From Monocercomonoides exilis PA203 (Eukaryota > Protista > Preaxostyla): 64,000 nt of DNA. The notes under the pieces are model-generated. The model did not search any database. It was not told where the DNA came from and was given only the letters and a program-made list of their open reading frames with translations. Positions 36,824-48,539 of the stretch are shown here, piece after piece (position 1 is the first letter of the stretch; every line of letters begins with the position of its first letter). A program made the translations under genes and the position numbers. The stretch spans positions 434,001 to 498,000 of the forward strand of contig LSRY02000039.1 in the NCBI GenBank assembly GCA_001643675.2, given 5' to 3'.

Positions 36824-37349
36824 AAAGAACATCACAAATGATTGTGCAAATGAAAATTGATGAATAGATGAAAAACAATCAAAATGCAAATAGTGCAGGT
36901 TGAAAGTTGGTGTATTTGGTGCAATTTTCACAAATTGCTTCATGAAAAAAACGAAATCTTTTTATGAAGCATTGGATAATAATTGCCCATGATCTTGCTG
37001 GTTGCCTGAAAAACAAAAAGTTGAATACAGAAATGTTATTGTCATTCATTGTCCCTATTTTATTATTCTGTGCAAGATAGAAGTCGCTTTTGACTTTCCA
37101 CTTCATAATACATTCTTTTGAGGTATCATTTTGAATCTCATTTTGTTTATTTTTAATTTTTCATTTCATTCAATGAATTTTAAGCGAAATCGTCTAATGA
37201 AGACAAATTCATTCCAATATTTATCTGTTATCGAATGAATACAAATGGAATGGAGGATGTAATCGTTCATAGAGTACATATATTTTCAACTCGTTGCATT
37301 AATAAAAAGTGATTCACAAGATGGAAACAAATTTACAAAAAATTATACT

Positions 37350-37422
<73 letters not shown>

Positions 37423-37667
37423 AAGAAAGTATGAAAAGATCAAGAAAGAGTGTTTATGAAGTTAAAGAAATGACAATGAAAGCTTGGGTTTTATTCTTAT
37501 TTGTATTTATAAGTTATATAATTTGAAAAGTCGCAAATAATAAATTTCTGGGTTAAAGCTTGAATGAATTTTTCTGAAAAATGATCAAATAATGTTCGTA
37601 TTTTTTTATTCCAGATATTTAACATTTGCACCTGTACTGTAAGAATAAAAATTATATATATATATAT

Positions 37668-37935
37668 GGGACAAAATATTTGACTCCAGGCATTTTCATT
37701 GAAAAATTATGTACTTTTCATCAACTTTTTGAGAACAAAAAACAAAATGAGAATGAGCCCATTTTTTGATATTCGTGATATATCACAATACTTTATGTTT
37801 TGTTTTTAACGATGCCTGTTTGCGGATTTGAAAATCATATTTATTTTGTAATCAAAGAAAGCGAAATAAAGTTATGAGAGAAGCAATTTTTTCATGCTTT
37901 GTGTATAAAAAGCTTGAAAGTCCGTATTTTCCCCG
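37668..37935. mobile_element. MITE family B (~268 bp; GGGACAAAAT...TATTTTCCCC)
   Basis: Homologous along its length to 54955-55222 and (reverse complement) 42941-43209; preceded by a (TA)n tract. Confidence 0.8.
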
Positions 37936-38221
37936 AAATATATTCTTTTTCTTTTTCTATTTTCTTTTCTTTCTCTATTTCTTTTTCCATTTCTTTTTCT
38001 TTTTCTTTTTCTTTTCTTTTCTTTTTCTTTTTCTTTTTTTTTTTTGGTTTATTAAAAGTGATTTATAAAAATTTTTGTTATAAACAGATTGAATAATAAT
38101 ATTTATTTATTTTTTTAATTAAATTAACTTATTAATAAATAAAAAATAAAAGTTTTATTAATTTATTGAGTGGTCCTAAATATTTTGGAATAATTATTTA
38201 TTACAGTATTAAAAAAAATGT

Positions 38222-39183
38222 GGGTGATTATTTTTGAAATCATAATTTTTTTCTGTGTGTTAATTTTCAAAGATTGAATGTTTTTTTGAAGAAAATACAC
38301 CAAAAATTATTCAACATCGAAAAAGTTTAATTCAAAATCGAAAATATTTAATTCAACATCGAAAATTCTTTATCATTAAAAATTTCGAAAAAAATTTTTA
38401 AATTCATACTCATGTCAGTTTCTTTTCTTTCAGTTATTGATCTGAGAAATTTGTCAATTTCAATTAGAAAAATATTTTTTGATCTTTATTTTAGTGTTTA
38501 AGTGTGTGAAATAGTGGAAATAGGATAAAACTGAGTTATGATTAAACTTTTCACATGTGTTCAGGAGATTATAAGGAATTTTAGAAAAAAATAAAAGTGA
38601 TTGGATAGTTCATGATCTTGTTTTGTGCACAAACAGACAGAAATTTATCACATTTATCGAATTCGAAATGTTTTGAATTTCATTTATTGCATTGGAAGCT
38701 GATAAAATATAACATTTTCAATATTCAAAATGAGAAAAGAATCGATTGATATCAGTCAATATCGTAGAAAACAGTTGTTGAAAACGAAAGAAAAACATTT
38801 CCAATAAATAAACATTTGTTCCTATTAATATTTGTTTCAATAAAACTTTTTTGGTTTTGACTTGAATTGAAATTCTGAACAAATTATCTTCTTTTTCGAT
38901 TTTGAATTAAACATTTTCAATGTTGAATTAAATATTTTCGATTTCGAAATAAACTTTTTCGATTTCGAATTAAAGTTTTTCAATTTTGAATAATTTTTGG
39001 TGTATTAATTCAAAAGAGAAAAACATGATAATTGTTTTTCAAAACAAATGGTTTTTCCGAATCAAAGATTAAAATACATTCAATAAGCCATTTCACTTTT
39101 CAATTTTTGTTTATTGATATTCAAGAAATATTTTAGCACCGAATTTTTTGAATGAAATAATATGATTTCAAAAATAATCACAC
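38222..39183. mobile_element. MITE family A copy carrying a nested 705-bp insertion; 4-bp TSD ATGT
   Basis: With 38298-39004 removed it aligns end to end with the reverse complement of 11532-11787; ATGT on both sides. Confidence 0.85.
38298..39002. mobile_element. Non-autonomous TA-targeting TIR element with subterminal repeats (Tc1/mariner-like or foldback-like)
   Basis: TA|CACCAAAAATTATTCAA ... TTGAATAATTTTTGGTG|TA; arrays of ~21-bp TTTAATTCAACATCGAAAA-like units in inverted orientation at both ends. Confidence 0.85.
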
Positions 39184-40294
39184 ATGTGAGAAAAAAAAGT
39201 CTTTCATAAAAAATAATTACCATTATGAGTCGTTATTAACTGCAATCGTCTTATCCAACAATCAAACACTTGAAAAATCATATCTGATGAAATATTTGAA
39301 AGTTTATTGTCTTTCAGGAAGCTCCAAACTGCAACAAATTGAAGCTCATCAGAAATTTGATCATTATTCAAACTGATTAACGTGAAAAAATTCAGTTATA
39401 TCGAATATTTTTTGATTATTCATTTTTGATTTCCCATTTTTATATTTTTGCAAAGAAATATGGACCACCCTATCGAAATAACAAATATTAATATATGCTA
39501 ATCCGATGAAACCGAATAACCTTCAGCTGAGGACTAGACTGACTCCATCCTGTTTCTTCATTCTTTCTTAATAATAAAGTGACTTGAAGGACTTGGATCC
39601 AGAATCAGTTTCCCAGGCAAATTAATGTTTGTTGTCGATTTTTTTATAAAAATTAAAATTCAGAAAACTATTCAGAAAACTATTTAAAATTGTGTTGAAA
39701 TTTTTGTCTTAATAACGGGTGAACCAAAATTTGGAAAAAGAAAATTTCTCCCCTGTTTCATTGTCTAAAATGTTTAAAATATCGAGAAAATGTGATTTTT
39801 TACAAATCGAAAGTGTTTGCATTATCATGAAGACTTATTTTATATGTAAATTTTCATCATAAAAAATATATACAGTTAATTAAATAATTTTGAAAAATAT
39901 CTTTGATCTAACCTTCAATAAATTTATTTATTATATGAAAAGTTAAATATGCTGTTTGAGCAGAAATCGAACACAAAAGTTCGTGATTAATATTCTTATG
40001 TATGTTAATAAAAGCATATTATTATTAGCATACTAGCTTTTAATTGAAAATAGCTCTTATTTATCAGTGACACTAACGCATGCTTGTTAACTTTTATGGT
40101 AAGAAATGATTTCAGCGACTTTGGAATTGAAAACTTTTTTATGGAAAACAGAAGTTTATTTTTTATTCTATTTCAATAAAAAATGTATTTATTTAACGAA
40201 AAAGGAGAGATAAATAAATTACAAAAATCTCAGGAATAATAAAAATTTCAGGGAGCAAACCCTTAATAAATATTTCAGATTCACTTATTTTTAA

Positions 40295-41662
40295 ATGCCT
40301 TTCAAAACAGACGAAAAAAGACATTTATCGGAGCTTAACGAATTATTTCAGGACGAGTTGAAGACTATTACGTGGCTTCAAAACAATAATTACATAAAAT
40401 CATCGTTATACTGCTGGAAGTGCTAAAAACACATGAATCTTTAACTTGAAAAAGGAAATTACTACAATTTCAGATGCAAACACTGCAAAAAATCATTGAG
40501 GAGTTATGCCATTTTTGAAAAAATAAAATTTCCTCTGAGAAAAATATGTATTATTGCACTTTATTTTTGGTTGCTTTTGGAGCAGCTGCAAGCTGCAATT
40601 TTGGCGTCAGTCAGTATTTCCACAATTACTAAGCTTTTCACTTTATTTCGGAAAGCTATCGTTTTTCATCAACAACAACATCCTTTCAAAACAGGAGGAG
40701 AAAATAAAACTGTAGAAATTGATGAAACAGCTTTTTACAGAAGAAAATTCAAAGTTGGGAGAAGGAAACCATTGTTATGGATTGTTGGTGGTGTTGAAAG
40801 ACCTGTTGCAACAAAAGGAAGGGGCAATATGTTTTTATCAATTGTACCGAATCGCACAAAACCAGTTTTGCAATCACTTATTGAACAAAAAGTCAAAAAG
40901 AACACAATAATGAACACTGATTGTTGGAAAGCATACAGTTCATTGGACACTCTTGGTTTTGTCCATCGAACTGTGTATCACAAAAATCACTTTGTTGATC
41001 CATTAACAAAGTGCCATACAAATAGAATCGAAGGAGCTTGGTCACTTTTAAGGCATTTTCTTCCTCGACATGGTGTTCAAAGGAAGTACAGTCAAAACCG
41101 GATATAATCACATCGGTTTTTGCAGGACTTTTTGTGACTATATCCGATTATGATTATAAGCGATGTGACTAAACACAGAAAAAAATGAAATTTTATTTTT
41201 GAAATAATTAATTTTGGGTCAATTTTTTTATTTTTGAAAAAACATGACAAATACACAATTTTCAATAGAAATAACAATTTTTATTGTTTTATTATGTTAT
41301 TCAGACTTATTTTAACATTATTTTGAAAAATCGATTTTTGAAATTTTTGATCAAAAAACCGATTTTTCATTGAAAAATCACCCATTATAATTTGAAATGT
41401 GATTATATATTTTCATCTTTGTGATTATATTCGATGGAAAATGAATGAAAAATAGGCCAAAAATGTCGGTGCATGGAAAAATGTGACTATTAACGAATGT
41501 GATTGTATTCGATGTGATTATATCCGGTTTTGACTGTATTTGTCCAATTATTTACAAAAGTTCACTTATCGAAGAAATCCAGAAAAGAATTTTGATGATT
41601 TTTTTGAGATTTTTGTAAAGTCTACGAACGATGATGTTACCGTTTTCGAGGATGATAAATAA
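40295..41662 (+). pseudogene. Merlin/IS1595-family DDE transposase (Merlin-1), inactivated
   Basis: CWKC...RCKHC zinc ribbon, VEIDET.F.RRK...GR, WIVGGVER, VPNRT...L, NTDCWKAY, H.TV.H...FVDP.T..HTNRIEGAWS. Two in-frame TAA in the N-terminus. Excising the MITE 41089-41536 restores HGVQRKYLSNYLQKFTYRRN. Confidence 0.92.
41089..41536. mobile_element. pogo/Tc1-mariner-type MITE (448 bp; TIR CAGTCAAAACCGGATATAATCACATCG; TA TSD) inserted in the Merlin-1 transposase
   Basis: Perfect 27-bp TIRs flanked by TA; removal restores the reading frame. Confidence 0.92.
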
Positions 41663-42736
41663 ATCTGGTATGTGATGCAAATCTCAGAATTTCATTGTTT
41701 CATATTTTGAAAATTGAGAATGTGTAAATTGAGAATTGTTAATAATAAAGTTTTTTTCTTTTATTTTTGAAACAAGCATTTACATTATATTTTTGTTTTT
41801 CTATGAGGATAGAAAACAAGTGTAATATTTTTTTAAAGTATTTTTAGCCAAGCTCATTGTCAATGAGTTTGTTATCTTTTTGAAATTCTTATAAACACAT
41901 TTATTTATTGATATGAAAAGGATAAAAATTTTTTATTTTTCATTTTCTTAAAGTCGATAAAATAGATTAATAATAAATCAAACAAGCGCAGAGGAAATAA
42001 TTGGCATGTTCGAAATAAAAGTTCAAGCTTTTATTCAATGAAGAATTTATATCGCGCAATATTATATAAAAACCATGAAACGATTATTCATTGATGGAAT
42101 GCTTTGTATGAAAATAGCTGCAATCAAGTTTTTAATGAATATCATTCATTCAATATTTGTTTCAAATAATAAACTCATATTAATTACTGTCAATATTGGA
42201 AAAGATAAAGAAGAAATATTTCAAATGCCAAAGGAAATATATAGTAGATTTGACTATATAGGGTATTAATAAACAGACAAACAGAGATTAAAAAATAGAA
42301 AATCAACAATTATTTTTCAAATTTCACATAAGTTTAATATTTTTCTTCTGTCGAATCCGTTTTCAGATTTGTTCATGGAAAAACGCGAAAATCTGAAATT
42401 TCAGTTGTGTCATCATTGCAATGCTTTATATATGTGCAATCTTTTTTTTGCAACATAAATATGGAACAAATAATGGGAATCAAAAACGCTTTGATATTTT
42501 TTTGAATATGAAAACAGTGCATATATTTTGAATGTTGACAAATAAACTCAGGAGATATGCAGTTTTCTGCAGAAGAACGTGATTTCATAAAAATAAGTTC
42601 AAATACAAAAACGTTATTAACTAAGTTTGTTATTTTCATAATTCTAAATGGCATATTCGCAGTTATTGTTAACTTTGAACGGTTTTGTTCCAGAAAAACG
42701 AGAGAAGGAAGAAATGAAAAATTAAAGAACAACAGA

Positions 42737-42761
42737 AAAATCTCCGAAATCATTTCTAACA
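42737..42761. repeat. Degenerate inner terminal repeat of Merlin-1
   Basis: AAAATCTCCGAAATCATTTCTAACA vs reverse complement of the outer end AAAGTCGCTGAAATCATTTCTTACC (20/25 identical; terminal CC damaged); mirrored at 55402-55426. Confidence 0.55.
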
Positions 42762-42940
42762 TTCAAAATTTTCATTGATATGTTATCTGAAAATCCACTT
42801 TCAGTTGATTCATAATATCTTTGTTGTTATAAAATAAACACAGATAAATCATATTTTATTGAAGAAGTGAGACCAACGAAATTAATTGCTTCAATGATTT
42901 TTAGAATTTGAATTTGTAACATTGTTCTTTTTTCCAATAT

Positions 42941-43209
42941 GGGTGGAAAATACGGACTTTCAAGCTTTTTATGCACAAAGCAAGAAAAAATTGTTTCACT
43001 TATAACTTTGTTTCGTTTTCTCGGATTTCAAAATAAATTTGATTTTTGTATCCGCAAACATGCATCGTTGAAATCAAAACATAAGTGTTTGTGACATTTC
43101 ACGAATGCAAAAAAATAAACCCTTTTTTATTGTGTTTTTTGCTAAAAAAAAGTTGACGAAAAGTGCATAATTTTTCATTGAAAATGCCTGAAGTCAAAAA
43201 TTTCGTCCC
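42941..43209. mobile_element. MITE family B, 4-bp TSD ATAT
   Basis: ATAT|GGGTGGAAAATACGG...AAATTTCGTCCC|ATAT. Confidence 0.85.
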
Positions 43210-44371
43210 ATATGAATACTAACGAATGATGTTAATTACCCTTCCATCAATAATAATACATAAATATGAATAATTAATTGAATGAATTAGACTGTTTTTG
43301 AAATAAAAAAAGAAAAAACGATTCGAAAAATGAAATGAAATAATTGTGAATACTTGATGTTTTATTATTTGATGAAGTCAAATTTCCCTCCTGCAACAAA
43401 AGACGTTGTCTAATTTATCAACTTTTTCTATATGAACTTTTCATTAAATTGGTTGTTATTGTTTCACTGCGAAATATTTTTTAATCCTTTCCTTCATTAA
43501 TTTTATCGATCTGCATTTTTCATTGACTTCGCATTTTTCATAATTGATAATACTGTGTTGAATTCATTCAAATTATAATGAAACTGATACTTCTTTTCTA
43601 AAAAAAAAAAAAAAAAAGCAACACTTCAATAAAAATCAAAAATATAACTCAAAAACAATGAAGATGGCAAAAACATCTGAAAAATATTTCGAAAAGCAAA
43701 ATTAATCAAATTATTCCAAGTTGAAATCAACAACAAACTCATTTTCTTTATTCACACACATTTATAAAGCACTAATCACATTTTTTCCATAAACTTGTTT
43801 GAGCAAGCTCTGATTTTCTTTTCCGTAATTTTTATCGAATATCGGCGAGATATCACCTCCCTGAAAATGCAATATCGAAAAATCGGATATGTCAAACATT
43901 TCTTTATGTTTTGCTACTGTTTTTAAAATTATTTGCAAATAGCGAATCTTCTTCTTTGTTTAAAAAAATATTTTTCAAAGGAAAAATTTTATTATGGGCA
44001 TTGATCAATCGCATAATTTGTTCATTTTCATTTCTCATTAAATGGTGAAAAGTTTTATTCAAATACCTCGGTTTGCTTTTTAGATTTTGTTTCTGTTTCA
44101 TGAAATATTGCGTGATTTCTTATATTTTATTTAATTAACAAAAACAGTGACGTGATCTTCAAAATTAACAATTCGAAGCAATGCTTTTGAAATAGTTATA
44201 AGCTAAGTCAAAACTGTATGTTATATTTTGTTGATTTTATAATCTCTCTTTTATTTTATTAAATAATCTTGAATATTCATTAAATTTTTGATAATAACAT
44301 GTGTGACTTCAATTTTCTCTCAATATTGCATAGAATTGATATCGTAAAGCGTATACAAAGAAAGATGCTAA

Positions 44372-44545
44372 GGGAAGCAGCACAAAGCTGGGGGAAGCAG
44401 CGCAAAGCTGGAGGAAGCTGGGGGAAGCTGGGGAAGCTGGGGGAAGCTGGGGGAAGCTGGGGAAGCTGGGGAAGCTGGGGGAAGCTGGGGGAAGCTGGGG
44501 GAAGCTGGGGGAAGCTGGGGGAAGCTGGGGGAAGCTGGGGGAAGC
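44372..44545 (+). repeat. G-rich minisatellite (GGGGGAAGCT)n, ~13 core units
   Basis: Direct observation; the mirrored copy at ~53670-53797 has 8 core units. Confidence 0.95.
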
Positions 44546-44969
44546 AATACAAAATGATTTAAAATGTAGTTTTGACACATTAGTTGATTATTAGTTAATA
44601 ATAATGAAAATTGAAAAAATCGAGATGAGAGAAGTGAGAAGAGAAAGGAGAGAAGAGAGAAATGAAAGGAGAGAAGAGAGAAGAGAGAAAGAAGACAAAA
44701 AATAAATATACAGTTATAATTTGTTTTGCTTTTTTTAATTTATTGTTTTTTGTTAATAAATAAAAAATAAAACATTGAACAGCTCTTATTTTTTATTTAA
44801 TTATTTAATTTGATATTTGCAAAAATTGTTAAAAATTTAACAAATGAATTGGCTGGATTTCTTTGAAATGTGAATGCATCCAGATATTCTTCCAAGTATT
44901 TTTTTCTGACTCCATAAGGAGGAAGATATTTTCTTAACAAATACACGTACTTTCAATTCGTTGAGTATG

Positions 44970-47374
44970 GGCATAGGTCTAAATTGTACCAGTAGTGAAT
45001 TTTACATTTTTTTATGAAATTTCTATATATTATTGATTATTATAATTATTTAACACTGTAGTATCGAAAAAATTTCAAAAATCTTTGATTAAAAAATAAA
45101 ATCCAAAACCATTGATCAATCCCATAATAATATTTGTGTATTTTTATTTTGTGTTTTGTGAACGAATAAGAGCTGTTCTTGGACTATTTTCTGCATTCAT
45201 TGTTTTGTTGTATTTTTTGCATTTCATGCTCTTTTATAAAAAGAACAAATCAGAATCATGTTGTTGATTTTCTTTAAAAATTCAAATTGCAAAATTTGAA
45301 ATGAATGCATTGAGTAATATTCTAAATATCACAACTGTTTTTATAAAGTTCTTATCTGTGTTCAGAAAAATATATCCACAAAAATTCAATTTCTCTGTAT
45401 TTCAAAATTGATGTTCCAATAAAAATTTCACTTGTTAAATCCTTCAACTCAATCTTCATCGCTCCGCCATTCCCATTCGCGCACTCACATCCTACCATCG
45501 TTGTATTCCACCCCACAAATGTCTCTCCTTCCTTCACTCTTTGCCAATACCATCCCTTCTTTTTCAATCAACTTCACATTTCGAATTGTCACATTTGCCA
45601 AAACTCTCTCTTCAGATGCTAATTCAGCTGTTGATGCATCGGTGAACAGCGGTTGAGATATTTTCATGTTTTTGACTCAACATCACTCATTTTCAATCGC
45701 GATAGTGCCATCACAAATATCAATGAAGATATATCTCTCTCTTCTGATATTAAAGAATTGATCAGCACATCTTCCAATGAGAGTGAACCACTACCATCAG
45801 ACACCACAACCACACTCGGCGAAGGATTTATATTTGAGTTACAATCGACTTTCAAATGACTCATTCCAAGATGACCTGTTGACACGCTGAACAGCGTTCC
45901 TGCTGCTGATTGGGAAGAAGAAAATGCTCCTGTTCCAATCGAACTCTCCGTCCTTCCTTTCCCAATGATTGAAATCTCCATTGATCCAATATCAATCGTT
46001 GTTGTCTCGCTCGTGTGATTTCCTTCCATCAGCGTGACTGATGAGCTCAGCTCTTCCAAGCCCGTCTCCACTGCGTGTCCCACCGTCTTGCAAGGTGCCG
46101 ACTTGCCCATTCCACACAGCCCACTCGAATCCTTTCCATTCACCCCTACAAACAGAACCTTCGACCATTCGTTCAACAAATCCTTCTTTTCCGTGTGTTG
46201 AAATGTCCAACTTGTTGAACTCGAATAATTATATCCATAACATACCCTCCTACTATCTGTATTCGTTGTGTAACATTCATGAAATGGATTTCCTGATGAA
46301 TTAAAAAGTTCAAAGCGATCATAATACATCACATCGTGGCCATAAGGAGGATTGGCCGAACATTTGCATTCATGAAAGAACAAAAAATAACAATATATTT
46401 TATCATTTGGAGTTGTTGGTTGATTTGGATGAAACCAAAATCCTCCTCCATACGCCGCTGCTGAGCATGAAATAAATTGTAAGCTCCTCATTTTGAATTG
46501 AGTAATTGGAATGTTAATACAGCGCATTCCTCCACCATCATTTCCAGTAACCGAGCATGAAGTGAAACTGCAGTCAAACACACACGCACTCTCCCCTTCT
46601 CCATTTTCTTCTCCAATGCATCCTGTTCTTGAAACCTGAAAATTGTCGATATAAAGTCCTCCTCCATAGCCATTTGCTTTTCAATTCTGGAATTCACATC
46701 TGCTGATCAGAACACATGTAGAAATCGTGTTAACACATGTCCCTCCTCCAATCCATGTTCGAACAGTGCATGAGTCGAATGTGTTATTTGCAATGTCAAC
46801 TGATGAAATATTGAAGCAATTAATTCCTCATCCTGCATAATGGGTATAGCAGTTGCTGAAAGTGCAATGAAAAACTGAAAGTTCTCTATTTCCCTTGTTG
46901 TGCATGAAAATAGCCCCTCCACTCGATATCCCATCAGTGAACGAGTCGCTTTCTCCTGTTGTCTTCGATCCACTCCATTCACACCTAATATATGAATTTT
47001 CCAAACTTAGAGATCCTCTCTCTTCAGAAACTTCCAATTATCAAATATGCATTATTCTTCTCACATAATTTGAATACAACTTATAAGAAGCAAGTTGATA
47101 AAAAGTATTTTATGAAACACGTTGAAATTTATTTATGTGAAATTAAATTTGGTTATTAACAATTTTATTGTCACAACACGTTCATAAAATACGAAATGAA
47201 AAAGAAACAAATATTATTATGGGATTGATCAATGTTTTTGGATTTTATTATTAAATCAAAGATTTTTGAAATTTTTTCGATAATATAGTGTTAAATTATT
47301 ATAATAATCAATGATATATAGAAATTTCATAAAAAAATGTAAAATTCACTACTGGTACAATTTAGACCTATGCC
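44970..47374. mobile_element. Gene-capturing non-autonomous TIR element A (2.4 kb, ~168-bp TIRs, 8-bp TSD TGAGTATG)
   Basis: TGAGTATG|GGCATAGGTCTAAATTGTACCAGTAGTG ... CACTACTGGTACAATTTAGACCTATGCC|TGAGTATG; TIR similarity extends over ~44970-45137 / ~47207-47374. Confidence 0.9.
45430..46990 (-). pseudogene. Captured internal fragment of the giant receptor family
   Basis: CEWSGSKTTGESDSFTDGISSGGAIFM, PYGHDVMYYD, ECYTTNTDSRRVCYGYN and LFSVSTGHLG align with the ~28970-30540 part of the giant gene; frameshifted; no start, TM or kinase part. Confidence 0.9.
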
Positions 47375-48539
47375 TGAGTATGAGCTTTAGTTATCGGATC
47401 AACAAATCTTTTGCTGTGGTTAACTGTTTCGTGAAGATAATCCTTTTCGTTGATTCCGTTATAACCCTTCCAGCAATCTGTAAATATCTTTGTCTTTTTT
47501 GAAACATGCTCCTCGATTGATGAATGAAGAATTTCACGAGTTCTCTTTATGACTGGCAATAAAAAAAGCTTTGTTTTTTCTCCTTTTTTCTTTGGCCTCT
47601 CTATTCCACCCAATATCCAATTTTGCCTTTTCCCTCTTCCTCTATTGTATTTTCTCTTTGGGAAAACGGCTTCATCAATTTCAACTTCAACATTTTCTCT
47701 TCCAATTTTTCCCTTATGTTTCTTTTTGATGAGCGAAATTGTCTGTCTGAAATTTGCAAACATTTTGCTAACTGTAATTGGAGATTTTCCAGTGATAAAA
47801 GAACAATGTTTTTGAGACATTCCTGTCCAAAAACACAATGCCATCAAACAAACACAAGAAATTCTTATTTTGAATTGGCTAAAGTGGTTGTTGGCCTTAA
47901 TGTTAATTTGTTTGTGTCTGCAAACAAATGGCAAAATTTTTTTGAAAAGTTCCATGACTTTAATTTTGTCCCACAAAAGATCATAAAAGATCAAAAAATA
48001 TCGATTATTCCGTTCCCATTTTAGTTATATAAATGTTATTTGTAGTTATTTATTTCGCTTTTTATAGAAAAATAATAAACAAATTCGTTAATATCATATA
48101 ATTTTTTATCTTTATTTTGAAATATTCATTTGAAAGATTCTGCTTTCCAGCTATTTCAGTCAAATGAGTTGCATGTTTTTATTTCTTCATTTTCATTTCA
48201 TCTTTTCGAATATTCGTTATGATTTTATGAACAGGAGCTAAGATTTAATTATTTTCTTTTATGAAAGACAAATAATATTTGATTTTCTTGAATAATTGAA
48301 TTTTTTTTTTAGAAATTTTCAAACAGAAAAAAATACATCAAAACAACACTCGAAACAATCGAAAGATATTCGAAAAATTGAAAGCGTTGAGCAACAATAA
48401 ATGTTATCATCCAGAAATGCAACATGAAATGTTATTTTTCAAAACAAATCTTCATTTTTTCAAACTCAAAAATACAATCTCTTCTCTTAAAAAGATTCAA
48501 AAATTTTTATATTAAACAACTTGTTTTCATCTCAGTACG

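Larger units (their letters stand above)
40098..44861 (+). repeat. Left arm of the large inverted repeat
   Basis: Mirror-image ORF set in the track (e.g. 40496-41107+ vs 57059-57670-); homology ends at GGCTGGATTTC. Confidence 0.95.

Noticed and set aside
40295-40495. In-frame TAA codons in Merlin-1 (CWKC*KHMNL*LEK) and pogo (KW*TAV) read well as Gln, suggesting the TAR=Gln code known from some oxymonads
   Set aside because: The same ORFs use many CAA/CAG codons, host genes end in TAA/TAG, and other pseudogenes here show ordinary CAG>TAG decay; C-to-T mutation is the simpler explanation.
42075-44101. Duplicated ORFs of 64-129 aa within the arms as accessory transposon genes
   Set aside because: AT-rich, I/F/K/N-biased, no motifs; their duplication is explained by the arm copy.
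44280-44580. ORFs with PPASPSFPQL / GEAGGSWGKL repeats; telomere or CRISPR interpretation of the repeat
   Set aside because: These are translations of a 10-bp minisatellite; there are no spacers or cas genes and it is not a TTAGGG-type repeat.
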